64,000 nucleotides of DNA, taken from assembly GCA_018653605.1 (NCBI GenBank), contig JABHYY010000041.1:2874-66873 (forward strand), written 5' to 3'. Source of the DNA: an archaeon. GTDB lineage: Archaea; Nanobdellota; Nanobdellia; SCGC-AAA011-G17; GW2011-AR17. A program made the translations under genes and the position numbers. The first letter of the stretch is position 1; each line of letters begins with the position of its first letter. The notes under the pieces were generated by a model. It worked only from the letters and a program-made list of their open reading frames with translations, did not search any database and had not been told where the DNA came from. Positions 29,601 to 39,300 of the stretch are shown in pieces.

Positions 29601-32600
29601 GTAATCTTTCAATTGCAGTTGAAGATGGTCCTGTTTATCTTGCTGGATATGTTCAAAGTACCGGTGATACTTTAAATTTAACTTTTGATGATTTAAGTTA
29701 TCTTCCAGGTGAACAAGCAAGTCTTTTGACTGAATTTTATGAAACTTTTGATGGTGCTTCTCCAAATTTTGGTTTGTTTGATTCTGGTGATACTGTTGGA
29801 TCTGGAATTAATGCTATTCAAAATAATGCTTTAATTGTTTCAGGAACTGCTTCTTCTACTAATTCAAATTTCCATTTACCTACAACTAATGCTGTTGATG
29901 TTTCAGATTCCTTTATTGTATCAGCTTATGTAAATGTTACTAGTGTTGTGCCTTCTGGTTTGATTGCAGCTGAATTATTTAATGAAGATGTAGCAGAAGA
30001 TAATTATGGTTGTATGCTTCTTAGTACAGATGGAAGTAGTTATTCTGTATGTACTGATGGAGGAGCTTTAAATTGTAGTATTGTTAGTGCGAGTGAAGGA
30101 AATTTGACTTATTACCGTCATAAAACTTCAAATAAAGTTTATTGTTTATTTGATCCTGTTGGTGCTGGAAGTACTGTAGTTGTTTCTGAAACTTTAAATG
30201 TGCAAGTTGGTCCTATTTATATGAGAGGGTATGTACAAAATTCAGGAGCTAGTATTGTTGCAATTTATGATAATTTAAATTATACTACTGGTGAGATGAC
30301 TCTTCCGGGTGGTAGTCCTCCTGAACCTGATGAAGGTTTTGGAATGTGTTCAAGTTTTAATGGTAATCAAGCTTCTTGTTTGAGCTCTTCAGATAATGTT
30401 GTTTGTGCTTGGTTAAATCCTGGTCAAGAATGGTGTTCTCCTACAAGTAGTGGTTGTTGTGACCAAGTTTCTTGTCAAGCTTATAATGGAGATATAACTG
30501 GATGTAATAATGTTGCTAGTGACTTGGGTTGTAGTTGGAATGATAATCAGTATAATCAAAATATGTGGTGTCCAATAAGTTCATCAAATCCTTACATGCC
30601 AAATGGTATGCCTGTTATTGGAACTAATATTGGTTGTTGTACATCAGAGATGTGTAGTGATGCTGCTGGAACTAATCAAACTTATTGTGATGGTAGTGAG
30701 ACTAATTTTATGAATAGTATTTGTAGTTGGGAAACTCAAGCTACAAATCCTTATTGTCCTGATGCAACTGGTTGTTGTGGGTTGCCTGATTGTGGTGATG
30801 TAACAACTCAAACTGATTGTGAATATTTAATGTCAAAAGGACAGTCTTGCGATTGGAGTGGTTCTATTTGTTCAAGTGGTGGATATGATAGTTATGATGG
30901 TGCTGATAGTTGTGTTGATGGAGGAGGAACTTGGAATGGAACTGCTTGTGAAACTCCTGATTATACTGATGAAGCAAGTAATGCAAGGTGTTGGTTTGCT
31001 GATAATCAAGTAAGTGTATGTGGTAATATAACTGGTTGTGTATATTGTGTTGCTGGAAGTGGTTATGCTGGAATTGCAAATGAAACTAGTTTTTGTTTTA
31101 ACAAACAAGCTAATTGGTGTGAAGGACATTCACCTGGTGCTTTTGCAGAGGGTGATCCTGAAGCTATGACTTGTTCTGATATTCAATTAGGTGTGACTTG
31201 TGATTGTGGTCCTGTGCCTGGTTGTCATTGGACAAATAGTAGTGCTACAACTGGAGCTTTTTGTTCTTCAGGTGTGCCTCAATGTGATTTAGATTATGAT
31301 AGTTTAGAATTTCAACAGTGTGAAGATGCAACAACTTCAGGTGATTGTAACAATTTAGCTGCTGATTATTTCTTACCTTGTACTTGGAATACTGGTGAGA
31401 ATGCATGTTTATTTGATTTTATGGCTGGAGGTTCTGGTGATCAAAAAGGAAGTATGGATTTTGAATTTACAGATATTATGGATGAAGAAAATTGTCAGTT
31501 TGCTGGAGGAAGTTGGAATAATGTTGTGATTGATTCTTATGGTAATACTGATAGTTGGTGTGACTTTGGATTTGGTGCTGGAATGGATACTTGTAATAAT
31601 TCTTGTTGGGCATGTGAGATGCAAAGTGATGGAACTGGTTGGGGTAGTTCTACTTTAGCACAAAATGAATGTGAAACTTCAAATGCAGTTGTAAATGGTT
31701 GTGAATTTATTTCTTTTGGTGGAACTCAAGGAATGGGAGATAGGTGGGGATGGTGTGATTATCCTGGTGGTTCTGAGTTCTTTGGTGGAAGTTGTGAGAC
31801 TATGTGTTATGATTGTTTTGGTGATGATATGTGTACAACTAGTGCAGCTGATTGTGGTTGGACAGAGGATCCTTATGGTGGGGGTTGGTGTGATCCTAGT
31901 TCATTAGCTAATTTACAAGATCCTACTTTGAATTGTCTTGCTGCAAAAACTGAAACTCAATGTGGAACTTTAGCAGATGAAACTGTTTGTCAATGGAATA
32001 GTACTTATGTAATAGATCCATTTAATGGTCAAAGTATGTCTGTTTGTATTGAAGATGGTGCAAGTCCTGAGATTTGTTTTATGCCTGGTGATGAAGATGA
32101 AAATGGTTTAGCAGATTGTCAAGATCCAGTTTGTAGTTCAGATCCAATGTGTGGATTTGGAATGGGCTTTGGTGGTGAAATGATGACTGATAGTTTTATG
32201 TTGCCACCTGGTATGGAACAAGATCTTTGTTTTGCTTATGATGATACAAATCAATCTACTTGTGAAGCTTATGTAATAAACCAAACACTTGTATTTAATG
32301 GTAGTACAAGAGGATTTGCTGGATTGCCTGCTCACTTGAATAATCAAGTGCTTTGTTATTATCATACAGCTCCATCTGGTGCTCAAGAAACCGAATGGTG
32401 TGATCCTGTATTCCATGAAATGATGATGGGTGATATGGATAATGCTCCACCTATTATGCTTGGAACTGATGCAACTGGTGATGCTTCATCTATAGATTGT
32501 TTGGACATTACTGAATTAGGTATTAAAAATGAAATGCAAAAAATGGTTATAGGTGTTCCTGTTGTAAATATTACTGACTTTGCTGGATGTGATAAAAAGA

Positions 32601-34447
32601 TTCCTGGAAACTCTACACAGAATGGAACTTTCTATAGATATTTAGATACTGATGATAATGGAGCTACTGGTTGTACTGCGAATGGTGGTAGTGAAGGTGA
32701 TATTGATTTAGATGGATATGATTATAAAATTGTAATGCAAGGTACTTGGAATGGAACTAGTAGTAACAATGTTTTAAGTGCATATGAATGTGCTGATTCA
32801 ACAGCGAATACTTGGGCGCCTAAGAGTGCAGCTTTAACATTTAAAGATGACTTCTGTTTAATGGAAGGTGGTCCTGGTTCTCAAGGGATTAATGCAGTTA
32901 TTTTAACTAAAAATGATTTTGGAATTGGTAGTGATAATTTAAGAATTTATATTACAACTGTGTTTGATGATGAAACAGATCCTATTGATACATTAGGTCC
33001 ATTTTATTTTACTCCTGGATCTATTGATTTTATAGGTGAGGATTGTTTTGGATTTGTTGATAAGGATGGAGATGGTGATCTTCCAAGTGATGATGCTGAT
33101 TGTTCATTTATTAATAATTTAGGATTTATGCCTTTTGAAGATTGTGGAGATGGTATTGATAACAATGCAGATGGTTTAACTGATTGTAATGATTATATGT
33201 GTACTTTTACACCAATGTGTAATGGGAATTTTGGATTTAGTGCAAGTGGAACTGATAATACTGCACCACAAGTAATTTATCATACAGTTGATGCTTTTGA
33301 TATAGGTGCATTTGTTAAGTTTGATACAAATGAACCTGCAAATGGAAGTGTGTTGTTTTATTCAAATGATTCAACTTGTACAACCTTGAATAAGAGTTTA
33401 CATGACACTGGTGACCCTATGTGTATTGGTGCATGGTGTGACTTTGATGATTATAAATTATGGCATGATTTACCAATTGATAATTTTGCTGGAGCACCGC
33501 CTGCTTGGAAATTAGGTTATGATTTGACTAATGGAACAACTTATTTCTATAGGTATAAAGTATGTGATCCTGATAGTAACTGTGCTACAAGTGCTTGTGT
33601 TAACTTTACAACTAAAGGAATTCAGCCTCAATATTATTTTGATATGGAACCACCTACAGGATTTTCTGTAAAAATGCCTTGGGATATTGAAGGAAGTGGT
33701 TTTGCAAAACAAGTTAATTTTAGTGTTGCAAAAAATATTGATATTAATATTACATGTGCTGATGCTGGTTATGAAATTAGATTAGTTGGTGCTGACATTA
33801 AAGGTGCACAAGATCTTGATGTAAGTAGTATTGTTTGTAGTGGATCAACTGGTTTGATTGGTATGACTTCAACTGTTTGGAATCAGTTATTGTTTGGATT
33901 GAGTGTTGATTATGTTGAAATTACTTGGGCTGTTGAAGAAGGTGCGACAACTGCACAACACTGTGATAATGATGGTTTGAATTGTGTTGATGTAAATGAT
34001 TATTTAGATTGTGTTACTACTGATACTTCCTGGACATGTAAAATTCCTTTAACTTTAGGATTCTCTACTTACAAAGTTGTAACTCCTACAGGTGAGGTTG
34101 CGTCTGCTACTGTTTCTGCTGGAAGTGGTGGAGCTACTGCAGAAGGTCTTTCTAATGATGAAGAGGAAGAAGAGGAAGAGGCTGATAATATTGTTGAAGA
34201 AGTTGTTGATGATGTAGCTGAAGCTGTTGATGAAGGTGTACAAAGAGTTAGTGAGTTTGTTGGAGATATTGTTGGTGAGGAAGTTGTTCAGAATACTTGG
34301 GTTTGGGTTGTTGTAGGTGGGTTGCTTGGATTAGGTGTTATAACTTTTGTTGTTTTGAAAAAAACAGGTTGTTGTAAACCTAAGAAAAAAGCTAAGAAGA
34401 AAGTTAGTAAGAAAGTGTCTAAGAAGAGAAAGGTTAAAAAACATTAA
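26606..34447 (+). CDS. Giant (2613 aa) surface protein: N-terminal signal-anchor, five tandem ~190-aa sequon-rich modules, Cys-rich region, TSP3-like motifs, FN3-like module, C-terminal acidic stretch + TM + polybasic tail
   Basis: Repeated modules each start FFETFTGPGVNVSRFT / FFETFTPPVVNVSRFT / FYDTFTGVLNNSRWT... and end GY(V/L)T(I/V)DDLNY. There are many NxS/T sequons. The Cys-rich region is paralogous to the previous gene (DCQDPVCSSDPMC, DCNDYMCTFTPMC). The C-terminus is a poly-Glu stretch (DEEEEEEEADN), then QRVSEF, then a TM helix (WVWVVVGGLLGLGVITFVV), then a KK-rich tail. Confidence 0.8.
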   Translation: MLKGVRGNLHSILLVGLIVIVFAGLFYGGITGFYTSPFGGGPIPFNNFDQFDTSAINLSLYQLTLVVGDPGVSSTLNVSVNSNFLFNVTHTGTTVGSGATKLYINTNIQQANVYTYINMTDTSSTVSASAEASSGIELSDDSFTRGACYLNLANTSQFRLVASNITGPVPYANVGAGVGNLSLQYDVPTTMINCTFRWAGGVQSILVPTNLNVINIKPKLFADLDRPAGGPGPINGSGQVESYFDFWNVTAVLPAAPPPPPATMEQPFFETFTGPGVNVSRFTMPAQMNGFNFSQSNNMIVMNGTTTNTELFMSLSNANAISISTQLTLSSVFNLTGNIGVAGTDSVLYKLGLAGTPTSSYCAMDLKFDGTYYFCADGNCTVVPKGWGNLTFDYQPIGTLVTCTYTNNMTVVERTTVGGHTTSTITNTLHISNASDSGYVTIDDLNYTVAVAPPVVVFENPFFETFTPPVVNVSRFTVPTPVPGFNFSQSAGMIVMNGTAVGLNPVTILDNVNAISIVSSTILSSVFNLTGSVANVGTDATTYRFGLFSGSPSFCNVALKQSGSYQFCANKNCTGIPKGWGNLTFTFDPAGGLVTCTFTNNVTVVSRTITGSHTSSTIRNGLIISNVSDSGYLTIDDLNYSIVVAAPPVSEQPFYDTFTGVLNNSRWTGANPLAPGFNFSLGNNMIVMNGTAVGLAAFSAFSSKININVVNPIEVRSDFNLTGNIANVGTDSVRYLLVLTNGAGPSTFCTINIDNVSQLVCANSNCTAITSTTGTLSAYYNHGSNLANCSFIDGETVVGRTIAANHGTITISNQLSISNISDSGYLTVDNLNYSSNVPNPPSAAAAPDTLGEFTEAFTGKNIDGNFFNAPSNSKGLVITQNNTLIITGATVGSDAFAYLNSQDVTDATDDYVFSVVTNLTGTVTGGKKVRAELYTRPDEASPRDGCRLQLSDNVYTICHRDSGNCSVVPSGVGTMIYSYDKSVALLSCAFNSTNYTVVSNLSIAVEDGPVYLAGYVQSTGDTLNLTFDDLSYLPGEQASLLTEFYETFDGASPNFGLFDSGDTVGSGINAIQNNALIVSGTASSTNSNFHLPTTNAVDVSDSFIVSAYVNVTSVVPSGLIAAELFNEDVAEDNYGCMLLSTDGSSYSVCTDGGALNCSIVSASEGNLTYYRHKTSNKVYCLFDPVGAGSTVVVSETLNVQVGPIYMRGYVQNSGASIVAIYDNLNYTTGEMTLPGGSPPEPDEGFGMCSSFNGNQASCLSSSDNVVCAWLNPGQEWCSPTSSGCCDQVSCQAYNGDITGCNNVASDLGCSWNDNQYNQNMWCPISSSNPYMPNGMPVIGTNIGCCTSEMCSDAAGTNQTYCDGSETNFMNSICSWETQATNPYCPDATGCCGLPDCGDVTTQTDCEYLMSKGQSCDWSGSICSSGGYDSYDGADSCVDGGGTWNGTACETPDYTDEASNARCWFADNQVSVCGNITGCVYCVAGSGYAGIANETSFCFNKQANWCEGHSPGAFAEGDPEAMTCSDIQLGVTCDCGPVPGCHWTNSSATTGAFCSSGVPQCDLDYDSLEFQQCEDATTSGDCNNLAADYFLPCTWNTGENACLFDFMAGGSGDQKGSMDFEFTDIMDEENCQFAGGSWNNVVIDSYGNTDSWCDFGFGAGMDTCNNSCWACEMQSDGTGWGSSTLAQNECETSNAVVNGCEFISFGGTQGMGDRWGWCDYPGGSEFFGGSCETMCYDCFGDDMCTTSAADCGWTEDPYGGGWCDPSSLANLQDPTLNCLAAKTETQCGTLADETVCQWNSTYVIDPFNGQSMSVCIEDGASPEICFMPGDEDENGLADCQDPVCSSDPMCGFGMGFGGEMMTDSFMLPPGMEQDLCFAYDDTNQSTCEAYVINQTLVFNGSTRGFAGLPAHLNNQVLCYYHTAPSGAQETEWCDPVFHEMMMGDMDNAPPIMLGTDATGDASSIDCLDITELGIKNEMQKMVIGVPVVNITDFAGCDKKIPGNSTQNGTFYRYLDTDDNGATGCTANGGSEGDIDLDGYDYKIVMQGTWNGTSSNNVLSAYECADSTANTWAPKSAALTFKDDFCLMEGGPGSQGINAVILTKNDFGIGSDNLRIYITTVFDDETDPIDTLGPFYFTPGSIDFIGEDCFGFVDKDGDGDLPSDDADCSFINNLGFMPFEDCGDGIDNNADGLTDCNDYMCTFTPMCNGNFGFSASGTDNTAPQVIYHTVDAFDIGAFVKFDTNEPANGSVLFYSNDSTCTTLNKSLHDTGDPMCIGAWCDFDDYKLWHDLPIDNFAGAPPAWKLGYDLTNGTTYFYRYKVCDPDSNCATSACVNFTTKGIQPQYYFDMEPPTGFSVKMPWDIEGSGFAKQVNFSVAKNIDINITCADAGYEIRLVGADIKGAQDLDVSSIVCSGSTGLIGMTSTVWNQLLFGLSVDYVEITWAVEEGATTAQHCDNDGLNCVDVNDYLDCVTTDTSWTCKIPLTLGFSTYKVVTPTGEVASATVSAGSGGATAEGLSNDEEEEEEEADNIVEEVVDDVAEAVDEGVQRVSEFVGDIVGEEVVQNTWVWVVVGGLLGLGVITFVVLKKTGCCKPKKKAKKKVSKKVSKKRKVKKH

Positions 34448-34463
34448 ATTCTTTATTATTTGT

Positions 34464-36293
34464 ATGAGGTGGTACTTAATTATTTGTTTTATAGTAATAT
34501 TAATGTTTAGTGTTAGTGCTCTTCCTGCACAGCCTTTTACTTTTGTTTGTGATGGTGAAATTTGTGATGAGGAAGATAGTGGGGATTATGAAATTCTTTT
34601 TAATACTGGTGGAAGAGGTGACTCCTATGCTGAAACAGAAGATGGTTATCCTGTAATGCTTGATAAGAAAAAGATTTATTTTGCTGAGCAGGGTTCTGAT
34701 GGGAAGTTAAGACCTACAAGGCATAAGATGGGAACTGCTGATCCTGAAAAGTTGAAGTTAATTAAAATTGCTGAGATGGATAGAAAAAGATTGATGGAGA
34801 TACCACCTGAGTTCCGTCCTGAAAGACCTTTGGATGATAGGCAAGAAGCTTTGAGGAAAAAGATTTTGCGTGAGAGAAGGTTGATGGAAGAGAACAGTGT
34901 TACTGGTGGGGTGGTTGCTGAGGAAGGAAGTTCTTTGAAAGTGTTAGTTGTGTTTATGGAATTTTCTGATCAAAAACATTCTGTTGATTTTGATTCTTTT
35001 GATAGTTATTTAGAAGGGTTGTCTGATTATTATTATTCTGAATCTAATGGAGATTTATTGTTAGATTTTTATCCTGTAAAGAATTGGTATTTGGCGCAAA
35101 ATGAGATGGGTTATTATGGTGGTGATTATGAAAGTAAAGCGGATGATCTGGTTGATGAGGCTGTTAATATGATTGATTTGTCTGGTGGTTATGATGATGA
35201 TGGAGATGGTGTTTTAGATGGGCCTTTATTAGTTATACATGCTGGTGCTGCTGATGAAACTGTTGGAGGTAATACTGATTTGATTTGGAGTTTTTATTCT
35301 TCTACTGGAGGTTTGGAATCAAATGGTGTTGAAGTGTTGGATTATGTTCTTTTGAGTGAAGAGTTTGTTCTTGGTACTGCTGCACATGAGTTTGGACATT
35401 TTTTGGGTTTGCCTGATTTGTATGATACTGATCCTGATGATGGTGAGTCAAAAGGTTGTGGTTTTTTTTGTTTGATGGGTTATGGTTGTTATCTTAGTGA
35501 GATTTCTGGGTTGAGTCCTTGGAGTCAATATTATTTAAGTTGGGATGGTGGGTTGCTTGAGGTTGATGGTTCTGGTACTTTTGAAATTGGTTATAGTGGT
35601 TCTTTGAAAGTTCCTATTGATGTTAATGAATATTTTTTAGTTGAGAATAGAGAAGAAAGTTCTTTTTTTGGTGAAAAAGTTGGTGGAGTTTTTATTTGGC
35701 ACATTGATGAGGCTGTTATGGAAGAACAAGGTAGTTGGATGGGTTGTAAAGGTTCTAGATTGGATTGTAATGTTGTTAATGCAAATGAAGTTCATAAGTT
35801 AGTTGATTTTGAAGAGGCTGATAATTTTGGATTGGATGAGGATAGTGATGTGAGTGATTATGGTGGTGAGGATGATGTGTGGGGTAGTAGTGCTGTATTT
35901 TATTCTGGTTCAGCTCCAAGTACTTTTACTTATGCTGGCGTTGAAAGTGGAGTTTCAATTGAGGTTTTGAGTTCTATTGGAGAGTTGATGGAGGTAGGTG
36001 TTAGTTTTGGTGGTGAGGAGAGTGTTGCTGAAGGAGTAAGTGGTGTTTCAAGTCCTGAGGTTAGTGGTGAAGATTATTCTGATGATCGTGATGTTATGCA
36101 GTTTGCTGGTTCTATTGATGGTGAAGATGTAGATGATGTTCCTTTTGAAGAAGAAGAGGAAGTTAGTGGAGATAGGGATGGTACTACAACTTCTGAAGAA
36201 GGTGGTTCTAATTTGTTAATATGGATAATTATTGGGGTTATTATTTTAATTGTTATTTCTATTATTAGTATTTTGTTTTTGTCTAAAAGCTGA
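34464..36293 (+). CDS. Secreted, membrane-anchored zinc metallopeptidase (HEFGHFLGLPD motif; M6/M7-like)
   Basis: Signal peptide MRWYLIICFIVILMFSVSALPA. AAHEFGHFLGLPDLYD is a HExxHxxGxxD zinc motif as in snapalysin/InhA-type peptidases. C-terminal poly-Glu then a TM helix (LLIWIIIGVIILIVISIISILFL). Confidence 0.7.
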   Translation: MRWYLIICFIVILMFSVSALPAQPFTFVCDGEICDEEDSGDYEILFNTGGRGDSYAETEDGYPVMLDKKKIYFAEQGSDGKLRPTRHKMGTADPEKLKLIKIAEMDRKRLMEIPPEFRPERPLDDRQEALRKKILRERRLMEENSVTGGVVAEEGSSLKVLVVFMEFSDQKHSVDFDSFDSYLEGLSDYYYSESNGDLLLDFYPVKNWYLAQNEMGYYGGDYESKADDLVDEAVNMIDLSGGYDDDGDGVLDGPLLVIHAGAADETVGGNTDLIWSFYSSTGGLESNGVEVLDYVLLSEEFVLGTAAHEFGHFLGLPDLYDTDPDDGESKGCGFFCLMGYGCYLSEISGLSPWSQYYLSWDGGLLEVDGSGTFEIGYSGSLKVPIDVNEYFLVENREESSFFGEKVGGVFIWHIDEAVMEEQGSWMGCKGSRLDCNVVNANEVHKLVDFEEADNFGLDEDSDVSDYGGEDDVWGSSAVFYSGSAPSTFTYAGVESGVSIEVLSSIGELMEVGVSFGGEESVAEGVSGVSSPEVSGEDYSDDRDVMQFAGSIDGEDVDDVPFEEEEEVSGDRDGTTTSEEGGSNLLIWIIIGVIILIVISIISILFLSKS

Positions 36294-36347
36294 TATGTAT
36301 GTTTAACTATAGGAAAGTTTAATTAATGTTTTTTAGATTGTATTGAT

Positions 36348-39300
36348 ATGGCTGAATTTTCTGAGAGAATAGGGAAGTATTTGGAGACGATTAATGTAGA
36401 GGTTCTAAAGTGTTATGATATTGCTAATGAAGCCAAAAGCAAAGGATTTGACCCAAATAAGAGGGTTATGATGCCTCTTGCTAAGAACATGGCAGAGAGA
36501 GTAGAGGGTTTGATTGGTTCTGTTGCTCCAGAGATTTTGGGTAAGGGTGTGCCTAAGAGGATTCAAGAGCTTGAGAAAGAGTATGGGATGCAGGATTGGA
36601 GAGTTGCTCTCAAAATTGCTGAAGAGGTTGCTCTTGAAAAATTTTGTAAGTTTGAAGATAAAATTCGTGCAATGGAGATTGGTATTAGGACAGGGTTTGC
36701 ATATGTTACTGTTGGTGTTGTTGCTTCACCTTTAGAAGGTTTTATTGGATTAAAAGTTCGTGAAAGGATGGATGGACAGGGTGAGTATCTTGCTTTGATT
36801 TATGGTGGTCCGATTCGTAGTGCTGGTGGAACTGGTGCTAGTGTTTCTATTTTGATTGCTGATTATGTTAGAAAGATAATGGGGTATAAAGAGTATGATG
36901 CAACTGAGAAGGAAGTTAAAAGAGCTTATTCTGAATTGTGTGATTATCATGAGCGAGTTACTAACTTGCAGTATTTTCCTTCTGAAGAAGAGATAAAGTA
37001 TTTGGTTGAACATTTGCCTATTCAGTTAGATGGTGATCCTTCTGAAAAATGGGATGTTTCAAATTATAAAGATCTTTCTCGTCGTGTTGCTAATAGAATT
37101 AGTAATGGGTTTTGTTTGATTACTGCTGAATGTTTGGGTTTGAAAGCTCCTAAAGTTTGGAAACAATTGGCTAAGTGGGGAAAGGACATGGATATGGAAC
37201 AATGGAATTTTATGAAAGATTTTGTTGATTTACAAAAAGAGGTTAGGGCTCGTGGTGTTAAGGTTAGTAAAAAAGTTGAAGCAAAATTAAAGCCTGATAC
37301 AAATTACATTAAAGATTTGGTTGCTGGTCGTCCTGTGTTTACTCATCCTATGAGAAATGGTGGGTTTAGGTTGCGTTATGGTCGTGGTCGGGTTTCTGGT
37401 TTTTCTGCTGATAGTGTTAATCCTGCAACAATGGTTGTTAGTGATGATTTTATTGCTGTTGGTACACAGTTTAAAGTTGAAAGGCCAGGTAAAGCAACTG
37501 TTGCAAATGTTTGTGATACTATTGATGGGCCAATTGTTAAATTGAAAAATGGTTCTGTTGTTTGTTTGAATACTTATGAAGATGCTCGGTTGGTTGCGAA
37601 AGAAGTTGATGAAATAATTTATCTTGGTGATTTGTTAGTGAACTATGGTGATTTTTTGGATAGAGCACATAAGTTGATCCCTTGTGGTTTTGTTGAAGAA
37701 TGGTGGGCTATGCTTGTTGAGAAAAAAATAAGTGAAGGTAGTCAAAGTATTGATGGTGTTGAAGATGTGATTAAGTTCCCTCTGAAAAATAGATTAAGTT
37801 TAGATCAAGCTATTGAATATAGTGAGAAGTTAGGTGTTCCTTTGTATCCAAAGTATATTTATTTCTGGGATTCAATTTCTGTTGATGATTTTAAAAAATT
37901 GTATCTTGTTTTGAAGGATTCTTCTTTTGATGGAATGAAGATGGTTGTTGCTGATCTTTCTGTGAAAAGAAGTTTGGAGTTGATTGGTTGTGAACATAAG
38001 TTGGTTGGTGATGAACATTTAATTATTGATGATGCTAGAGCTTTGGTTTTCAATCTTGGTGGGTTTGAGAAAGAGTTGGTTGTAAAGGATGATGTTTTGG
38101 AGATGGTGAATTCTTTGTGTAAGTTTGAAGTTAAAGATAAGTGTGGAACTTTTGTTGGTGCTCGGATGGGTCGACCTGAAAAAGCTAAGATGAGAAAGAT
38201 GAAAGGTAGTCCTCATGTTTTGTTTCCTGTTGGTGATGAGGGTGGAAGGTTGAGATGTTTCCAGAGTTCTTTAGAGGCTGGAAAAGTTTCTAGCAATTTT
38301 CCTTATTATATTTGTGAGTGTGGGAAGCAAACAATTTATCCTGTTTGTGAAAATTGTGGTAAGAGAGGGAAGCAAAAATTTTGGTGTAGAGGTTGTAAGG
38401 AGTTGAAGGATGAAGAAGAGTGTGAAAAACATGATAAGTGTTCTAAGTCTGTTTATCAACAGATTGATATTAAACATTATTTTTATAAGGCACTTGAGGT
38501 GATTGGTTCTCGTCAGTATCCTAGTTTGATTAAAGGTGTTCGTGGTATGAGTAGTGTTGGAAAGATTCCTGAACATTTGGTTCGTGGTATTTTAAGAGCA
38601 AAAAATTCTGTGCATGTGAATAAAGATGGAACTATTCGGTATGATATGATTGAATTGCCATTGACTCATTTTAAACCTAAGGAGATTGGAACTCCTATTG
38701 AAAAATTGAAAGAGTTAGGGTATTTGAAAGATGTTTATGGTGAAGATTTGGTTAATGATGAACAAATTTTGGAGTTGATTGCACAGGATGTTGTTTTGCC
38801 TGCACCTGTTGATGCTCCTGAACAAGGTGCTGATGAAGTTTTGTTTAGGGTTGGTGGGTTTATTGATGATTTGTTGGTTCATTTGTATAAAATGGATCCT
38901 TATTATAAGTTTGAAAAGAAAAGTGATTTGATTGGACATTTGATTGTTGCAATGAGTCCGCATACTTCTGCTGGTATTGTTTCTCGGATAATTGGTTTTT
39001 CTAAAGCTCAAGGTTTGTATGCTCATCCTTTGTTGCATAGTATTATGCGTAGAGATTGTGTGCATCCAAGTACTGAATTGGTTATTGGTGAAGACAAAAA
39101 ATTAGTTAAAATTGGAGATTATGTTGAAGATTTGATAAAAAGGGGTGCAAAAACAAAAAGAATTGATCTGGTTGGCACTTTGTCTGTTGAAAATATTGAT
39201 GATGTTTGTGTTTATGGTGTTGATTCTAAAACTTTTGAGTTTAAAGAAAAAAAAGTTAAGTCTTTTATTAAAGGACCTGTTAACAATAAATGGGTTGTTG

